Assembly (NCBI GenBank): GCA_018653365.1
Contig: JABIAG010000001.1
Location: 352,001-416,000, forward strand
Length of the DNA stretch: 64,000 nucleotides
Direction of reading: 5' to 3'
Source of the DNA: Candidatus Woesearchaeota archaeon
Lineage (GTDB): Archaea; Nanobdellota; Nanobdellia; Woesearchaeales; JABIAG01
Notes under the pieces: generated by a model
What the model saw: only the letters and a program-made list of their open reading frames with translations
Told to the model about the DNA's origin: nothing
Databases searched by the model: none
Program-made: the position numbers and the translations under genes
In this document: positions 47,937 through 58,179 of the stretch, piece after piece
Layout: each line of letters starts with the position of its first letter
Numbering within the stretch: position 1 is the first letter of the stretch

Positions 47937-49126
47937 GCAATCAAGACGAAAAGAAAAAACTAGTAAAAAAGGTCGAAGAATTGTTAAAAGGTTCTCCAGT
48001 AGTAGGAATCGTAAATATGCACGCACTTCCAACAGCACAATTACAAAGAATGAGAGAAAAATTAAGAGGAAGTGTTGACCTATTCTTAACTAAAAAACGT
48101 CTTATTAGATTTGCACTAGAAAATGTAAAAGCCGAAAAAAAAGGAATTGAAGGACTAGAAGAATTCTTAAAAGGAATACCTGCATTATTACTCTCTAACG
48201 ATAACCCATTCAAAGTTTTCTCAGTATTACAAAAAAATAAATCAAAAGCAGCTGCAAAAGGTGGCCAAATCGCACCAAATGACATAAAAATCCCTGCAGG
48301 AATGACACAATTCACTCCTGGACCGATCATAAGTGAGCTAGGTGCATTTGGACTAAAAACCAAAGTATCTGACGGAAAAATCGAAATACTTGAAGATGCA
48401 GTTGTAGTAAAAGAGGGTGAAGAAATAACCCAAGAAATCGCAGGATTACTTTCTAAAATGGGAATAGAACCAATGGAAATTGGCCTAGATTTAGTAGCAG
48501 TTTACGAAGCAGGACAAATATACAAAAAAGACGTACTTGCAATCGATGAAACTGAATACGCAAACAATTTCACACAAGCACAAAGTTGGGCATTTAATCT
48601 AGCTGTAGAAGCCGGAATTATGACCACAGAAACAACAGAATTAATGATACAAAAAGCAGCTCGAGAAGTAAAAGCTCTAGCTTTAGAAGCTAATATTTTA
48701 ACTGATGAAACAAAAGAAGAAATCTTAGCAAAAGCAGAAGCACATGGACAAGCAGTTGGAAAAGATCTAAACTTGCCTGCTAAAGATGCAGTTAAAGAAG
48801 ACAAACCTGAAGAAGCAAAGAAAGAAGAGCCAGTAAAGGAAGATCCTAAGGAAGAACCTGCAAAAGAAGAGAAAAAAGAAGCAGTTGAAGAACCTAAAAA
48901 GGAAGAAGCAAAAGAAGAAGCTAAAGTAGAAGATGTTAAGCCTGAAGAAGTAAAAGAAGAACCTAAACCTGAAGCACCAGTTGAAGAAGCTAAAACAGAA
49001 GAAAAACCTGTTGAAGAAAAAAAAGACGAAACCGATGAAAAAGTAGCAGGGATGGTAGATGCATGGAAGGATAAAGATAAACCTAAACCAACTGCAGAAG
49101 ATATTATTAAAGACGCAAAAGAATAA
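47933..49126 (+). CDS. rpl10: 50S ribosomal protein L10 (P0) with long acidic tail
   Basis: [34 protein letters not shown]. Confidence 0.96.
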   Translation: MSNQDEKKKLVKKVEELLKGSPVVGIVNMHALPTAQLQRMREKLRGSVDLFLTKKRLIRFALENVKAEKKGIEGLEEFLKGIPALLLSNDNPFKVFSVLQKNKSKAAAKGGQIAPNDIKIPAGMTQFTPGPIISELGAFGLKTKVSDGKIEILEDAVVVKEGEEITQEIAGLLSKMGIEPMEIGLDLVAVYEAGQIYKKDVLAIDETEYANNFTQAQSWAFNLAVEAGIMTTETTELMIQKAAREVKALALEANILTDETKEEILAKAEAHGQAVGKDLNLPAKDAVKEDKPEEAKKEEPVKEDPKEEPAKEEKKEAVEEPKKEEAKEEAKVEDVKPEEVKEEPKPEAPVEEAKTEEKPVEEKKDETDEKVAGMVDAWKDKDKPKPTAEDIIKDAKE

Positions 49127-49172
49127 CTTTTTAAAACTCAAATTCATAATACTTAATACGGAGGAAACAAAA

Positions 49173-49484
49173 ATGGAATATGTATATGCAGCAATGTTAA
49201 TCCACAAAGCTGGTGGAAAAGTAGACGAAGCAACAGTGAAAAAAGTACTTGACGCAGCAGGTGTAAAAACCGATGATGCAAGAGTAAAAGCACTAGTTGC
49301 AGCTCTAGAAAATGTTAATATCGACGAAGCAATCGAAAAAGCGGCTGTAGCCGCTGCACCTGTTGCTGCTGTTGCAGCACCTGCAGAGGGTGAAGCAAAA
49401 GTAGAAGACAAAAAAGCAGATGCTGCCGAAGAAGCTAAAAAAGAAGAAGAAGCAGCAGCTGGTTTAGGCGCACTATTCGGTTAA
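49173..49484 (+). CDS. rpl12: 50S ribosomal protein L12 (P1)
   Basis: [33 protein letters not shown]. Confidence 0.97.
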   Translation: MEYVYAAMLIHKAGGKVDEATVKKVLDAAGVKTDDARVKALVAALENVNIDEAIEKAAVAAAPVAAVAAPAEGEAKVEDKKADAAEEAKKEEEAAAGLGALFG

Positions 49485-49487
49485 AAC

Positions 49488-49508
49488 GGGAAATTTTCCC
49501 ATTTTTTT
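49488..49508 (+). terminator. Hairpin plus T-tract terminator of the L1-L10-L12 operon
   Basis: GGGAA-ATT-TTCCC followed by ATTTTTTT. Confidence 0.55.
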
Positions 49509-49554
49509 ATTTTAACCAAATAAACTTCAAAAATAACTTAAAAAGTGATGTAGA

Positions 49555-50541
49555 GTGGAACAACAAAAGAAGAATCTTTTGAGCCCAGACAAAACGTCAG
49601 GACAACAAAAGGAAAAGCGAGAGGGCGAACAAAAAGAACGACCAAAATCTGAAGAACATGCTCAAACTAGTTCCAACGCGAATTCTCAAACAAATTTAAC
49701 TCAAGTTAATGCAGAAATTAAAGAATTAAAACAAAAACTTGACGAAATTAATGAAGTAAAAGAAAAGTGGTACACAAAAAAAGAAGAAGTATCTAAAAAA
49801 ATAGTGGCATTAATCACTTCAGTTAAAAGTTCTAAAACTGAACGAAATAAAGCAACAAATGAAGTAAAACAATCAAAACAAGAAAGAAACAAACTAAATT
49901 CTCAAATAAAAACAAAATTAGCTGAACTGAAAATCCTTAATGAGAAAAAACGAGAAATGTTACAAAAATTAGGCATAAAAGAAAATCCTACTAAAATAAA
50001 AGCTCAAATACAAGGAATTGAAACTAAACTTGAAACTGAGGTAATGAGCTTTGAAAAAGAAAAAGTTCTAAATAAACAAATTAAAGATTTAAAGAAACAA
50101 ATCGAGGGCAGTCAAGAAATTACTGCTGTTTTGAATCAAGTAAACGCAAAGAAGAAAGAATTAGACCAAATAAGAGCTAAAGCAGAACAAAAACACAAAA
50201 ATGTTCAAACAAAAGCACATTCCTCTCAAGAGAAACATGAAAACTTAATGGCATCATCAAAAGAAATTGATGCACTAAAATTAAAAGAAGAAGAAGCTTA
50301 TAAACACTTCTTCAAATATAAAGGTGAATTTACTGAAGTAAACAATCAACTAAAAGACAAGTTACAAACACTTAACAAACTAACAGGAAAAGCAAACCAA
50401 CAAAATAAAGCAAAAAAAGCAAGAAAAGAAAATCAACAAAATAAAGAACTTAAAGAAAAAGAAAGAGATGTAGAAGAAAAAATAAAGAAAAAACAAAAAT
50501 TAACAACAGAAGATTTACTAGTATTTCAAGGAAAGCAGTAA
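49555..50541 (+). CDS. Archaeal coiled-coil protein
   Basis: Long heptad pattern; LETEVMSFEKEK; C-terminal KLTTEDLLVFQ typical of a conserved archaeal family. Confidence 0.8.
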   Translation: MEQQKKNLLSPDKTSGQQKEKREGEQKERPKSEEHAQTSSNANSQTNLTQVNAEIKELKQKLDEINEVKEKWYTKKEEVSKKIVALITSVKSSKTERNKATNEVKQSKQERNKLNSQIKTKLAELKILNEKKREMLQKLGIKENPTKIKAQIQGIETKLETEVMSFEKEKVLNKQIKDLKKQIEGSQEITAVLNQVNAKKKELDQIRAKAEQKHKNVQTKAHSSQEKHENLMASSKEIDALKLKEEEAYKHFFKYKGEFTEVNNQLKDKLQTLNKLTGKANQQNKAKKARKENQQNKELKEKERDVEEKIKKKQKLTTEDLLVFQGKQ

Positions 50542-50627
50542 AACTTTGATTCTTAATTGGTTTTGTTATTACTGCACAGACACAATACTCAATAACCTTT
50601 ATAACTTGATTTGGCTTTTCGTTCTTA

Positions 50628-51887
50628 ATGAAAGATACTTATACTTTTGAAACAAAAGGTCGGGCGAGGAAGGATATTCTAAAATTTGGCCTAAGTCACC
50701 TGTACAAACCTGCGTCAGAAGCTAAAGTTCTAACTCTAATGGGACATGAACGAACAGAATTAGAAACTATGTGGGTTCCTATGGGGATTCAACCAGAAAA
50801 TATCACTGTGGTGGAAGAAGATCCGAACGTTCATGCTTTGATTAAGAAAAGAATTCCTGAAGTAAACTTAATTGAAAAACCCGTAAATTTATTGGAATAT
50901 TTAATACAAGTTCCAACTCAATTTGATTTTATGAACCTTGACACAATGAATCAGTTTTCTTTTGATGAAAGAGACTTGATAAGATGTATCGCATATAGAC
51001 AACTTTTAAGAGATAATGGGATTCTTGCAACCTGGTTTGTAGGTCATAGAGAACACGGGTATGCTTCAACATGGTATAAACAGACTTATAGAGAAAATAG
51101 GCATTTAAGAAATGTAGAGGGTTATGAGAGTAAGATTAAAGGAAGATCGGATGCTATCTCTGGAGCAATTGTTTCAATAATGATTGATGGAATAACGAAT
51201 GGTCAAGCACATCCTTTTGTAAATGCGGGGTCAAGAAAAAGAGTATATGAAAAATTACTTTCAGCAAAGCCTGAAGTGCAAAAAGTGTTAAGGGAGGGTT
51301 TTTCTTTAGATGGATTACATTCTTCTTTAGGACTTCATATAGCGCAAAAAATGCTTCGAAAACTGGTTGTTGCTCAAAACATAGTTTCTCCTGATTTAAT
51401 TGTAGAATTGCTTTATTATCAAGGGATAGGTGCCTACTTTTGCGATGCCCAAGATAGACTGAGATATGTAAGTGATAAGGGAACTCCCATGTTTGTAGAT
51501 ATGTTTCGCTTTTCAAGACAAGATTTCAAAGATTTAGTGAGTGCGCAACGTCAAAAGAAAAAAGTAGTTTTTAATCTTAACTATGCTGCTTTAGATCAAA
51601 GACAGGTTAGTATGAGGGTAGCACAATTTAATAGATATAGAAAACTTTGTTTTTCAAAAGGGATGATCCCGCGAAGAGATATTCGTGAGAATAAGTCAGG
51701 TAAACAAAAGAAGAAAAAACAAAAGAAATCTCAACCAGTAGAGTTAACTGAAACTGACTTAAATATTGTGGACCAACAAATAAGGGAGGGCAAAGGTTCA
51801 GTAGAAATAGCGATTCAATTTCCTGGGATAACTTGGCAAAAAATTGCAGCAAGAAAAAATGTTTTGAACAAGCAACAAAACCAGTAA
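50628..51887 (+). CDS. Hypothetical protein, SAM-methyltransferase-like N-terminal fold with C-terminal HTH-like domain
   Basis: KVLTLMG..E, NITVVEED, FDFMNLD, LLRDNGILATWF, GTPM; C-terminal KGSVEIAIQFPGITWQKIAARK. Confidence 0.55.
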   Translation: MKDTYTFETKGRARKDILKFGLSHLYKPASEAKVLTLMGHERTELETMWVPMGIQPENITVVEEDPNVHALIKKRIPEVNLIEKPVNLLEYLIQVPTQFDFMNLDTMNQFSFDERDLIRCIAYRQLLRDNGILATWFVGHREHGYASTWYKQTYRENRHLRNVEGYESKIKGRSDAISGAIVSIMIDGITNGQAHPFVNAGSRKRVYEKLLSAKPEVQKVLREGFSLDGLHSSLGLHIAQKMLRKLVVAQNIVSPDLIVELLYYQGIGAYFCDAQDRLRYVSDKGTPMFVDMFRFSRQDFKDLVSAQRQKKKVVFNLNYAALDQRQVSMRVAQFNRYRKLCFSKGMIPRRDIRENKSGKQKKKKQKKSQPVELTETDLNIVDQQIREGKGSVEIAIQFPGITWQKIAARKNVLNKQQNQ

Positions 51888-51922
51888 ACTTTATAATTCT
51901 AAATATATTAAATTGTTATGAA

Positions 51923-52300
51923 ATGGTTGATAGTGAATGCAGTTATAATCCAGGGGAAGTGTTACGTCGAGCAAGAATGATTCTTGCCCGAAGAGGAGAT
52001 TCAGGTAAGATCCGAGATGATACTGGGTTAACAGTAGTGACTGCATTTTATGGAGGAGAACTCTACATCACGGAAATGGAACAACGTGTTTTTACCTTTA
52101 AAGGATGGGACTTTAGTCCAAAAGGAAAAAAAGCAAGAAGACATAAAACAATACGTGAAGTAACCATTGGACTGGTATGTGATGAAGATGAAGTAGTATT
52201 TAGAACAACAAATTATCCTGATAGTAGTGATGTATACGTTCCTGGAAGTTGGCAAGAATCCTTAAACGAAACTTACAAAGAAGTAACAGGAAAAACATAA
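51923..52300 (+). CDS. Hypothetical protein
   Basis: ORF with TATA-like element upstream; ends VYVPGSWQ..L. Confidence 0.65.
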   Translation: MVDSECSYNPGEVLRRARMILARRGDSGKIRDDTGLTVVTAFYGGELYITEMEQRVFTFKGWDFSPKGKKARRHKTIREVTIGLVCDEDEVVFRTTNYPDSSDVYVPGSWQESLNETYKEVTGKT

Positions 52301-52305
52301 AATAA

Positions 52306-52518
52306 TTATTCTTTTTTATCAGAAGGTTCAGTATTTGTTTTTTCCATGTAACCACAACTACCGCAAGTCTTACGATCTTTATGATTAGCTAAAAAAATAC
52401 CTGGACCACACTTAGGACAAAAAGGATTCTTTCTCTTTAAAGGTTCGCCAGCTTCATACTTTTCCCATCTTTTAGAAGGATTGCCTTTTTTTACTACAGG
52501 TTGTTTATCGTCAGCCAT
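52306..52518 (-). CDS. rps27ae: 30S ribosomal protein S27ae (eS31)
   Basis: [29 protein letters not shown]. Confidence 0.96.
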   Translation of the reverse strand: MADDKQPVVKKGNPSKRWEKYEAGEPLKRKNPFCPKCGPGIFLANHKDRKTCGSCGYMEKTNTEPSDKKE

Positions 52519-52922
52519 TATTCATCACCTTTTGCTTCTTCTTTTGCAGGTTCTTCTGCTGGTTTTTCCTCTGCTTTCTCTTCTGCAGGTTTAGCTTCAG
52601 TAGCAGGCTCTGCAGGTTTTGCAGCTGCTTCTTCAGCTTTTTTCAATTTTTCTTCAATTTTCTTATGCATTAAGTAACCCTCAATTCTTTCAAGGTCTTC
52701 TTTTTTATTATAAGCTAAAATTTCAACACTTGCAATATTAGATTTAAATTTAGGAATAATTTCACGAACAACACTTAGGTCTTCTTTACATTTAAGTTGA
52801 GAACATAATTCTTTTTTAACAGCTTCTTTACTTGGAACTGCACCCTCAAAACTCATGTCTAGTCTGTATTCTTTTCTTCCCAATAATTCATTATTTGTTT
52901 CTTTTTTATTTAGAATATTCAT
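52518..52922 (-). CDS. rps24e: 30S ribosomal protein S24e
   Basis: [12 protein letters not shown], position between spt4 and rps27ae. Confidence 0.9.
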   Translation of the reverse strand: MNILNKKETNNELLGRKEYRLDMSFEGAVPSKEAVKKELCSQLKCKEDLSVVREIIPKFKSNIASVEILAYNKKEDLERIEGYLMHKKIEEKLKKAEEAAAKPAEPATEAKPAEEKAEEKPAEEPAKEEAKGDE

Positions 52923-52924
52923 AT

Positions 52925-53113
52925 TTAATTCACCTTAATGGCATAATCGCCTTTTGCTTCAACACCCATTTCTTTAGCAATATCAGATTTAACAGGATCA
53001 AGAATGTAAATTTTACCTTTCCAACTATTTGAAAAGCCAGTACCTTTACAAAGTGGACACTGACTACCTTCAACAAAAATTCTACATTTTTTACAAGCTT
53101 TTAGTTTAACCAT
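52925..53113 (-). CDS. spt4: Transcription elongation factor Spt4 (RpoE'')
   Basis: ACKKC..CPLC, SNSWKG, DPVKSDIA, GDYAIKV. Confidence 0.95.
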   Translation of the reverse strand: MVKLKACKKCRIFVEGSQCPLCKGTGFSNSWKGKIYILDPVKSDIAKEMGVEAKGDYAIKVN

Positions 53114-53114
53114 T

Positions 53115-53681
53115 TTATTTCTTTTTCTCCTCTTTTGGTTCTTCTTTAGCTTCTTTCTTCTCATTCCACTCAGGTTTTCCTAAACCTTGTTGTCTCATGG
53201 TAAGACCAATTTTTGGATTAGTAATATCTTTATATGAAACTGCAATAATTCGAGCTCTACACTCATCACCAATTTTCAAACTTCTATTAGATTCTTTACC
53301 TTGTAATACCTTATCTTTTCCAAAGCTAACAAAGTCATCCATTGTTTGAGAAATGTGAATCATTCCCTCAATTGGACCAAGAGTAATAAATGCTCCAAAA
53401 TCAGCTAGGTCTTTAATCTTACCTGTAATAACTTCTTGTAATTCTGGTTTGAAAGTAATAATTTTAAATTGGGTATCAAAATAAGATGCGCCATCACCAG
53501 GAACAATAATTCCTTCACCGATTTCAACAACATCTACAACATCAATAACAATCCCCAAATCTTGAGAAATAAATCCGTCATATTTTTTCTTAATTTGTTG
53601 AATCAAAGCAGACTTAGTATTATCACCAAATAGTTTAGGTGGAACACGGATGTGATCTTTTAATTTCATTTCGTAGTACAT
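53115..53681 (-). CDS. rpoE1: DNA-directed RNA polymerase subunit E' (Rpo7)
   Basis: IRVPPKLFG, GIIVPGDG, FGAFITLGP, HISQ, KIGLTMRQ.GLGK. Confidence 0.97.
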   Translation of the reverse strand: MYYEMKLKDHIRVPPKLFGDNTKSALIQQIKKKYDGFISQDLGIVIDVVDVVEIGEGIIVPGDGASYFDTQFKIITFKPELQEVITGKIKDLADFGAFITLGPIEGMIHISQTMDDFVSFGKDKVLQGKESNRSLKIGDECRARIIAVSYKDITNPKIGLTMRQQGLGKPEWNEKKEAKEEPKEEKKK

Positions 53682-53735
53682 CTTTTATAAAACCTCAAGA
53701 GAAAGGGATAGTAAAGTGTTTTTAAAGCTTTCGCT

Positions 53736-54755
53736 TTAATCATAAGCATTCTTCACAATTTCTTTCATAGCCTTGTTTTTATCATAAGCAGCCCTGATTG
53801 GATCAAGAATTACATTAATTTCTTTAGCAATAGCCTGTTTTAGGTCCATTGGGTGTAAATCCTTAGCTACAAATGCTTTTTCTAGTTCATCATAAGTACT
53901 AAATTCTAGGTTTCCCCCAAATTTTTCAGGACGTTCAATAAGTAATGTGGACTTGTTAGGAAAAACAACACTTCGAGCAAAAGCTAAAACTCCATTATCT
54001 TCAACTTTGCCCTCTTCGCAAAAGGCCTTATTTAGTTTCTTCTTAACATCTTCTGCAGAATCAAATAAATCAATCTTAGATGCAGCTTCAGAAGAGCTCA
54101 TTTTGCCACCCGAAAGTCCAGGAAGCATAGGATTCATAAGATGAATTCTTTTCTTGTATCCAATTTGAGGAAGAAATTCTCTAGCAAACATGAAGATTTT
54201 TCTTTGATCCACACCACCAAACTGCGCATCAACATCTAAATATTGTTCATCTAATGATTGAAGAATAGGATAAATCAATCCAGATAATTTAGGACTTTCA
54301 ACTTGTTTAACAACTTCCGCTCCTGCACGAGTACAATCTCTTGTTGATGAGAGTGCAGCAATTTTATACATATCAAGAGTGTAATCTTTTTCTAACTGAA
54401 ATGAACTACCTCTAACAAAGTTAAGTTTTTCAACACTAGCACCTAAAGATTTCAGTGCTTCTTTAATGATAAACTCATAATATTGAGTTCTTAATTCTAA
54501 TTGTTCCCAGGTAGACTTCATATTATCAAGAAATGCGTGAATGTCAGCTAGTAAGATGGTAACTTTACATCCTGCTTTAAGAAAATCAGAAATTTTAGTT
54601 AAAGGGATCAAGTAACCAGTATGAATTCTTCCAGTAGTAGCCATACCAATATAAACCTTTAAATCTCGTTCATCAAGTAATGTTTTAAGTTCATCATTAC
54701 CAACAACTTCTTGAAGGTTACGTGTGATTAAATCAAATTTTTCTTCTGAGTTCAT
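53736..54755 (-). CDS. tyrS: Tyrosine--tRNA ligase
   Basis: [42 protein letters not shown]. Confidence 0.97.
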   Translation of the reverse strand: MNSEEKFDLITRNLQEVVGNDELKTLLDERDLKVYIGMATTGRIHTGYLIPLTKISDFLKAGCKVTILLADIHAFLDNMKSTWEQLELRTQYYEFIIKEALKSLGASVEKLNFVRGSSFQLEKDYTLDMYKIAALSSTRDCTRAGAEVVKQVESPKLSGLIYPILQSLDEQYLDVDAQFGGVDQRKIFMFAREFLPQIGYKKRIHLMNPMLPGLSGGKMSSSEAASKIDLFDSAEDVKKKLNKAFCEEGKVEDNGVLAFARSVVFPNKSTLLIERPEKFGGNLEFSTYDELEKAFVAKDLHPMDLKQAIAKEINVILDPIRAAYDKNKAMKEIVKNAYD

Positions 54756-54784
54756 ACTAGCAGGATTGAGTCAAGATATATAAA

Positions 54785-54810
54785 TATTTGGGTAAAGTAT
54801 GGAAATCTTT
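54785..54810 (+). repeat. 26-bp direct repeat, left copy
   Basis: TATTTGGGTAAAGTATGGAAATCTTT, identical to 55489-55514. Confidence 0.9.
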
Positions 54811-54844
54811 TTATTTTTTAGAATTAAAAAATGAAAATAAAAAA

Positions 54845-55429
54845 TTATTCTTCAACAGAGACTGGGTTTTCGGGATTCTTTCCACGAACCACTCTTCTTC
54901 CGAGTTGCCAGGCCTTTTTACCGGCTTCTGTAAGCGCATCATATGCTAAACATGAAACTATGGCTCCAACTGCTGCATAAGCTAGTCCTTCTGGACTGAT
55001 ACTTACTGTGGGGTTGTCTTTGAAAACGTCAAAAGCTTTGGTTGCCATCTCTTGATCAAAATATCTGATAAATTCGACTGGTTTTTCAAACATTCCTGCA
55101 TTTTGTAAAGCATCTACAGCTTCTCTAAGAAATTGATACCTTTCATTTGTGTTAGCAATTAGATCGCCTTCTTGACTAATTACTTGGTTTGCATTAGTTC
55201 GAAATATATCGATTAGCATATCAAGACTTCCGTCACAAAGACTGTTAGCTCTTGATTGCCAATTATCGACTAATTTGCCAAGTTCTTGAGCTCCACCATC
55301 TAGTCTTTGAATGTATTGTGCAATAAAACCGGGAATTGCTCCACCCGCAGTGCCGCCGAGGATTCCACAAGCCAATACTCTACCTTCGTGACCTTTTCTT
55401 GCAATATAATTTTTAATTGGTTTAATCAT
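54845..55429 (-). CDS. Hypothetical membrane-associated protein (two Gly-rich hydrophobic segments)
   Basis: GILGGTAGGAIPG and GLAYAAVGAIVS; GGTGA SD; own TATA; flanked by direct repeats. Confidence 0.75.
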   Translation of the reverse strand: MIKPIKNYIARKGHEGRVLACGILGGTAGGAIPGFIAQYIQRLDGGAQELGKLVDNWQSRANSLCDGSLDMLIDIFRTNANQVISQEGDLIANTNERYQFLREAVDALQNAGMFEKPVEFIRYFDQEMATKAFDVFKDNPTVSISPEGLAYAAVGAIVSCLAYDALTEAGKKAWQLGRRVVRGKNPENPVSVEE

Positions 55430-55488
55430 TTGTATTCACCACTGTCTAGTAAGTATAACTTATATTTAAATGTTTTGTTTTTTGTGGG

Positions 55489-55514
55489 TATTTGGGTAAA
55501 GTATGGAAATCTTT
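55489..55514 (+). repeat. 26-bp direct repeat, right copy
   Basis: Identical to 54785-54810. Confidence 0.9.
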
Positions 55515-55543
55515 AAAATAAACTCTGGATTACGGATGAGAAT

Positions 55544-55942
55544 ATGAAAGAAAGTGACTTACCAAGACGAGTTAGAACCATTCTCCCAGGAGTAGCACTG
55601 AGTTCTCTTCTTCCGTGCGATAGAGCAGAGATTAAAGTAACTGATTGGAGTTCAGAATTAGTTTATGTTGGGGGAAAATGGCAAGGAAATTTAGTTGTAT
55701 CACCAAAATTAACTGGACAAGGATTACTAGATCAACCAAGACAATACAGAATTGAGACAGAAATAAGAGATTATCAACCCTTAAGAGCTGACAAGTTTTC
55801 ATTATTAGACAAATTTGGAGCTTGGTGCGCAAACCAACAAAATGCTATTTCAAAAAAAATTGATACGTGGGGAAGAGAAGCTAGACTAGGCAAAGGTACT
55901 GTTGTTGTCTCATACAGATTATTGCGATCTTTTTTGCCTTAA
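55544..55942 (+). CDS. Hypothetical protein
   Basis: TATA-like TTTAAAATA upstream; 3' end overlaps the PIN gene convergently. Confidence 0.55.
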   Translation: MKESDLPRRVRTILPGVALSSLLPCDRAEIKVTDWSSELVYVGGKWQGNLVVSPKLTGQGLLDQPRQYRIETEIRDYQPLRADKFSLLDKFGAWCANQQNAISKKIDTWGREARLGKGTVVVSYRLLRSFLP

Positions 55943-56261
55943 GACGTTGTTTTAGAACCATGTCCTGGGTACAAACAAACGTGTTCTCATCAGCTAATTC
56001 TACAATAAGATCATCCACTAATCCTGCGTCTGTTTTGATGAGATTAACTTTTCCTTCAATAAGCTGAAGCGCTAATTTAGCCGCCACTTTATCTTTACCT
56101 TTTTGTTCTTCAATAATCTTATTCAATTCCATTATTGTTTTATCTAATATGAATAATTCATATGGATGTTGCATAATACGCTTAATCTCTGAGAATATAT
56201 CTATCTTAAACTGTGCAGGAATTAGTAAAAAGTTAGTGTCGATGATGACTTTCTTTTTCAT
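55881..56261 (-). CDS. PIN domain protein (Fcf1/Utp24-like)
   Basis: VIIDTNFL, DIFSEI, ELNKI, VDD, VCTQD..LK. Confidence 0.92.
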   Translation of the reverse strand: MKKKVIIDTNFLLIPAQFKIDIFSEIKRIMQHPYELFILDKTIMELNKIIEEQKGKDKVAAKLALQLIEGKVNLIKTDAGLVDDLIVELADENTFVCTQDMVLKQRLKAKKIAIICMRQQQYLCLV

Positions 56262-56313
56262 AAACAAGAAGGAAACAATAAACTATATAAAGAATTCGAT
56301 TGTAATATTAAGT

Positions 56314-56721
56314 ATGACATACGAGTTTTTAGAACACACAGCAGACATAAAGTTTCGAGCTAAAGGTAAAAGTATAGAGGAAGTATTCAAAGAGTCAGCA
56401 ATGGCACTAAAAGAAACAATGACCAAAGGAACAGAAATAAAAAAAATAGAAGAAAAAGATGTTGGAGTTGAAGGAAAAGACTACGAATCAATGTTAAGAA
56501 ACTTTTTAGAAGAATTCTTATTCTTATTTGATGCAGAAGACTTTATTTTGTCAGACGTTACAGAAGTTATGATTGATGGATTCAGACTGGTAGCAACTGT
56601 TAAGGGGGATATAATAGATAATTACAAACTAACAAATGATGTTAAAGCAATAACTTATAATGAAATGTACGTAAAAGAAACAGAAAAAGGATGGGAAGCA
56701 CAAGTAGTGCTAGATGTATAA
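56314..56721 (+). CDS. Archease
   Basis: YEFLEHTAD, VKAITY, VVLDV; adjacent to rtcB. Confidence 0.95.
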   Translation: MTYEFLEHTADIKFRAKGKSIEEVFKESAMALKETMTKGTEIKKIEEKDVGVEGKDYESMLRNFLEEFLFLFDAEDFILSDVTEVMIDGFRLVATVKGDIIDNYKLTNDVKAITYNEMYVKETEKGWEAQVVLDV

Positions 56722-56723
56722 AA

Positions 56724-58139
56724 ATGGAAATCAAAAAAATATCCGAATACGAATGGGAAATACCAAAAACTGGAAAAATGAACGTACCAGGAAGAATTTA
56801 TGCTAGCGAGAAATTAATAAGTTTGATCAAACAAGACAAATCACTAGAACAGGTAAGTAATGTAGCACAACTACCCGGAATAATCAATGCATCAATAGCA
56901 ATGCCCGATGCACACCAGGGATATGGATTTTCAATAGGTGGAGTGGCAGCATTTGGCATGGAAGACGGAATCATAACTCCTGGAGGGGTGGGATTTGACA
57001 TAAACTGCGGAGTAAGAATACTTGCAACAGATATTACTGTAGAAGACATGATAAAAAAGAAAAAAGAAATCTTACATGATATATTCAGAGAGGTTCCATC
57101 GGGAGTTGGAAGAGGACATAAAGAAAAATTATCCATAGAAGAACTAGAAAACGTTTTGAAAAAAGGAGTAAACTGGGCAATCGAAAAAAGATTTGGAGTT
57201 AAAGAAGATGCAGATCGATGTGAAGAAAACGGATGCATGCAAAATGCTAACCCTGCAGACGTTTCCCAAAAAGCAAAATCAAGAGGTCTAGGACAATTAG
57301 GCACAATGGGTGCTGGAAATCACTTTTTAGAGATACAAGAAGTAGATGAAGTATTTGACGATGAAGTCGCTAAAACCTTCGGAGTAGAGAAAGGAAAAGT
57401 TGTAATTATGATACACTCAGGCTCTCGAGGATTAGGGCACCAAGTAGCATCAGATTTCATTCGAGAAATGGAAAACAAATATGGAAATGAAAACCTGCCA
57501 GATAGAGAGTTAATCAACGCTCCAATAAATTCAGAGCTGGGTAAGAAATATTTGTCAGCAATGAATTGTGCAGTGAACTTCGCATTCTGTAATCGACAAT
57601 TAATGATGCACTATGTACGAGAGGTGTTAAAGAAACACTTTCCTTCAAGTAAAAACCATTTAGTATATGATGTATGTCATAATATAGCAAAAATAGAGGA
57701 ACACTCGGTTAATGGTGAAATGAAAAAGGTATGTGTGCACAGAAAGGGGGCAACAAGATCATTTGGACCCGGACGAATAGAGGTACCTGAAGTATACCGT
57801 TCTGTAGGACAACCAGTAATCATGCCCGGAAGCATGGGAACATTTTCATACTTATTAGTTGGAACCAAGAAATCAGAAGAACTCGCTTTTGGTTCAACTG
57901 CACATGGGGCAGGGAGAGTAATGTCAAGATCACAAGCAATGAGAGAGATAAAAGGCGAAGATGTTAGAAAAGAATTATGTGATTGCGGAATAGATTTAGA
58001 AGCAGGTTCGTTAAAAGGAGTTGCAGAAGAAGCACCCGCAGTATACAAAGACATAGATGAAGTAATAAAAGTAAGTGACTCAGTCGGATTAGCAAAAAAA
58101 GTAGTGCGCCTGAAACCTTTAGCAGTGATGAAGGGATAA
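56724..58139 (+). CDS. rtcB: RNA-splicing ligase RtcB
   Basis: MPDAHQGYG, GFDINCG, GNHFLE, HSGSRG, HNIAK, HRKGAT, HGAGR. Confidence 0.97.
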   Translation: MEIKKISEYEWEIPKTGKMNVPGRIYASEKLISLIKQDKSLEQVSNVAQLPGIINASIAMPDAHQGYGFSIGGVAAFGMEDGIITPGGVGFDINCGVRILATDITVEDMIKKKKEILHDIFREVPSGVGRGHKEKLSIEELENVLKKGVNWAIEKRFGVKEDADRCEENGCMQNANPADVSQKAKSRGLGQLGTMGAGNHFLEIQEVDEVFDDEVAKTFGVEKGKVVIMIHSGSRGLGHQVASDFIREMENKYGNENLPDRELINAPINSELGKKYLSAMNCAVNFAFCNRQLMMHYVREVLKKHFPSSKNHLVYDVCHNIAKIEEHSVNGEMKKVCVHRKGATRSFGPGRIEVPEVYRSVGQPVIMPGSMGTFSYLLVGTKKSEELAFGSTAHGAGRVMSRSQAMREIKGEDVRKELCDCGIDLEAGSLKGVAEEAPAVYKDIDEVIKVSDSVGLAKKVVRLKPLAVMKG

Positions 58140-58179
58140 GACAACAAAGATTTTTAAAGTATTAAATTCTTCTAACTTT

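Noticed and set aside
48502-49411. Long minus-strand Phe/Ala-rich ORFs
   Set aside because: Antisense to the low-complexity rpl10/rpl12 coding sequence
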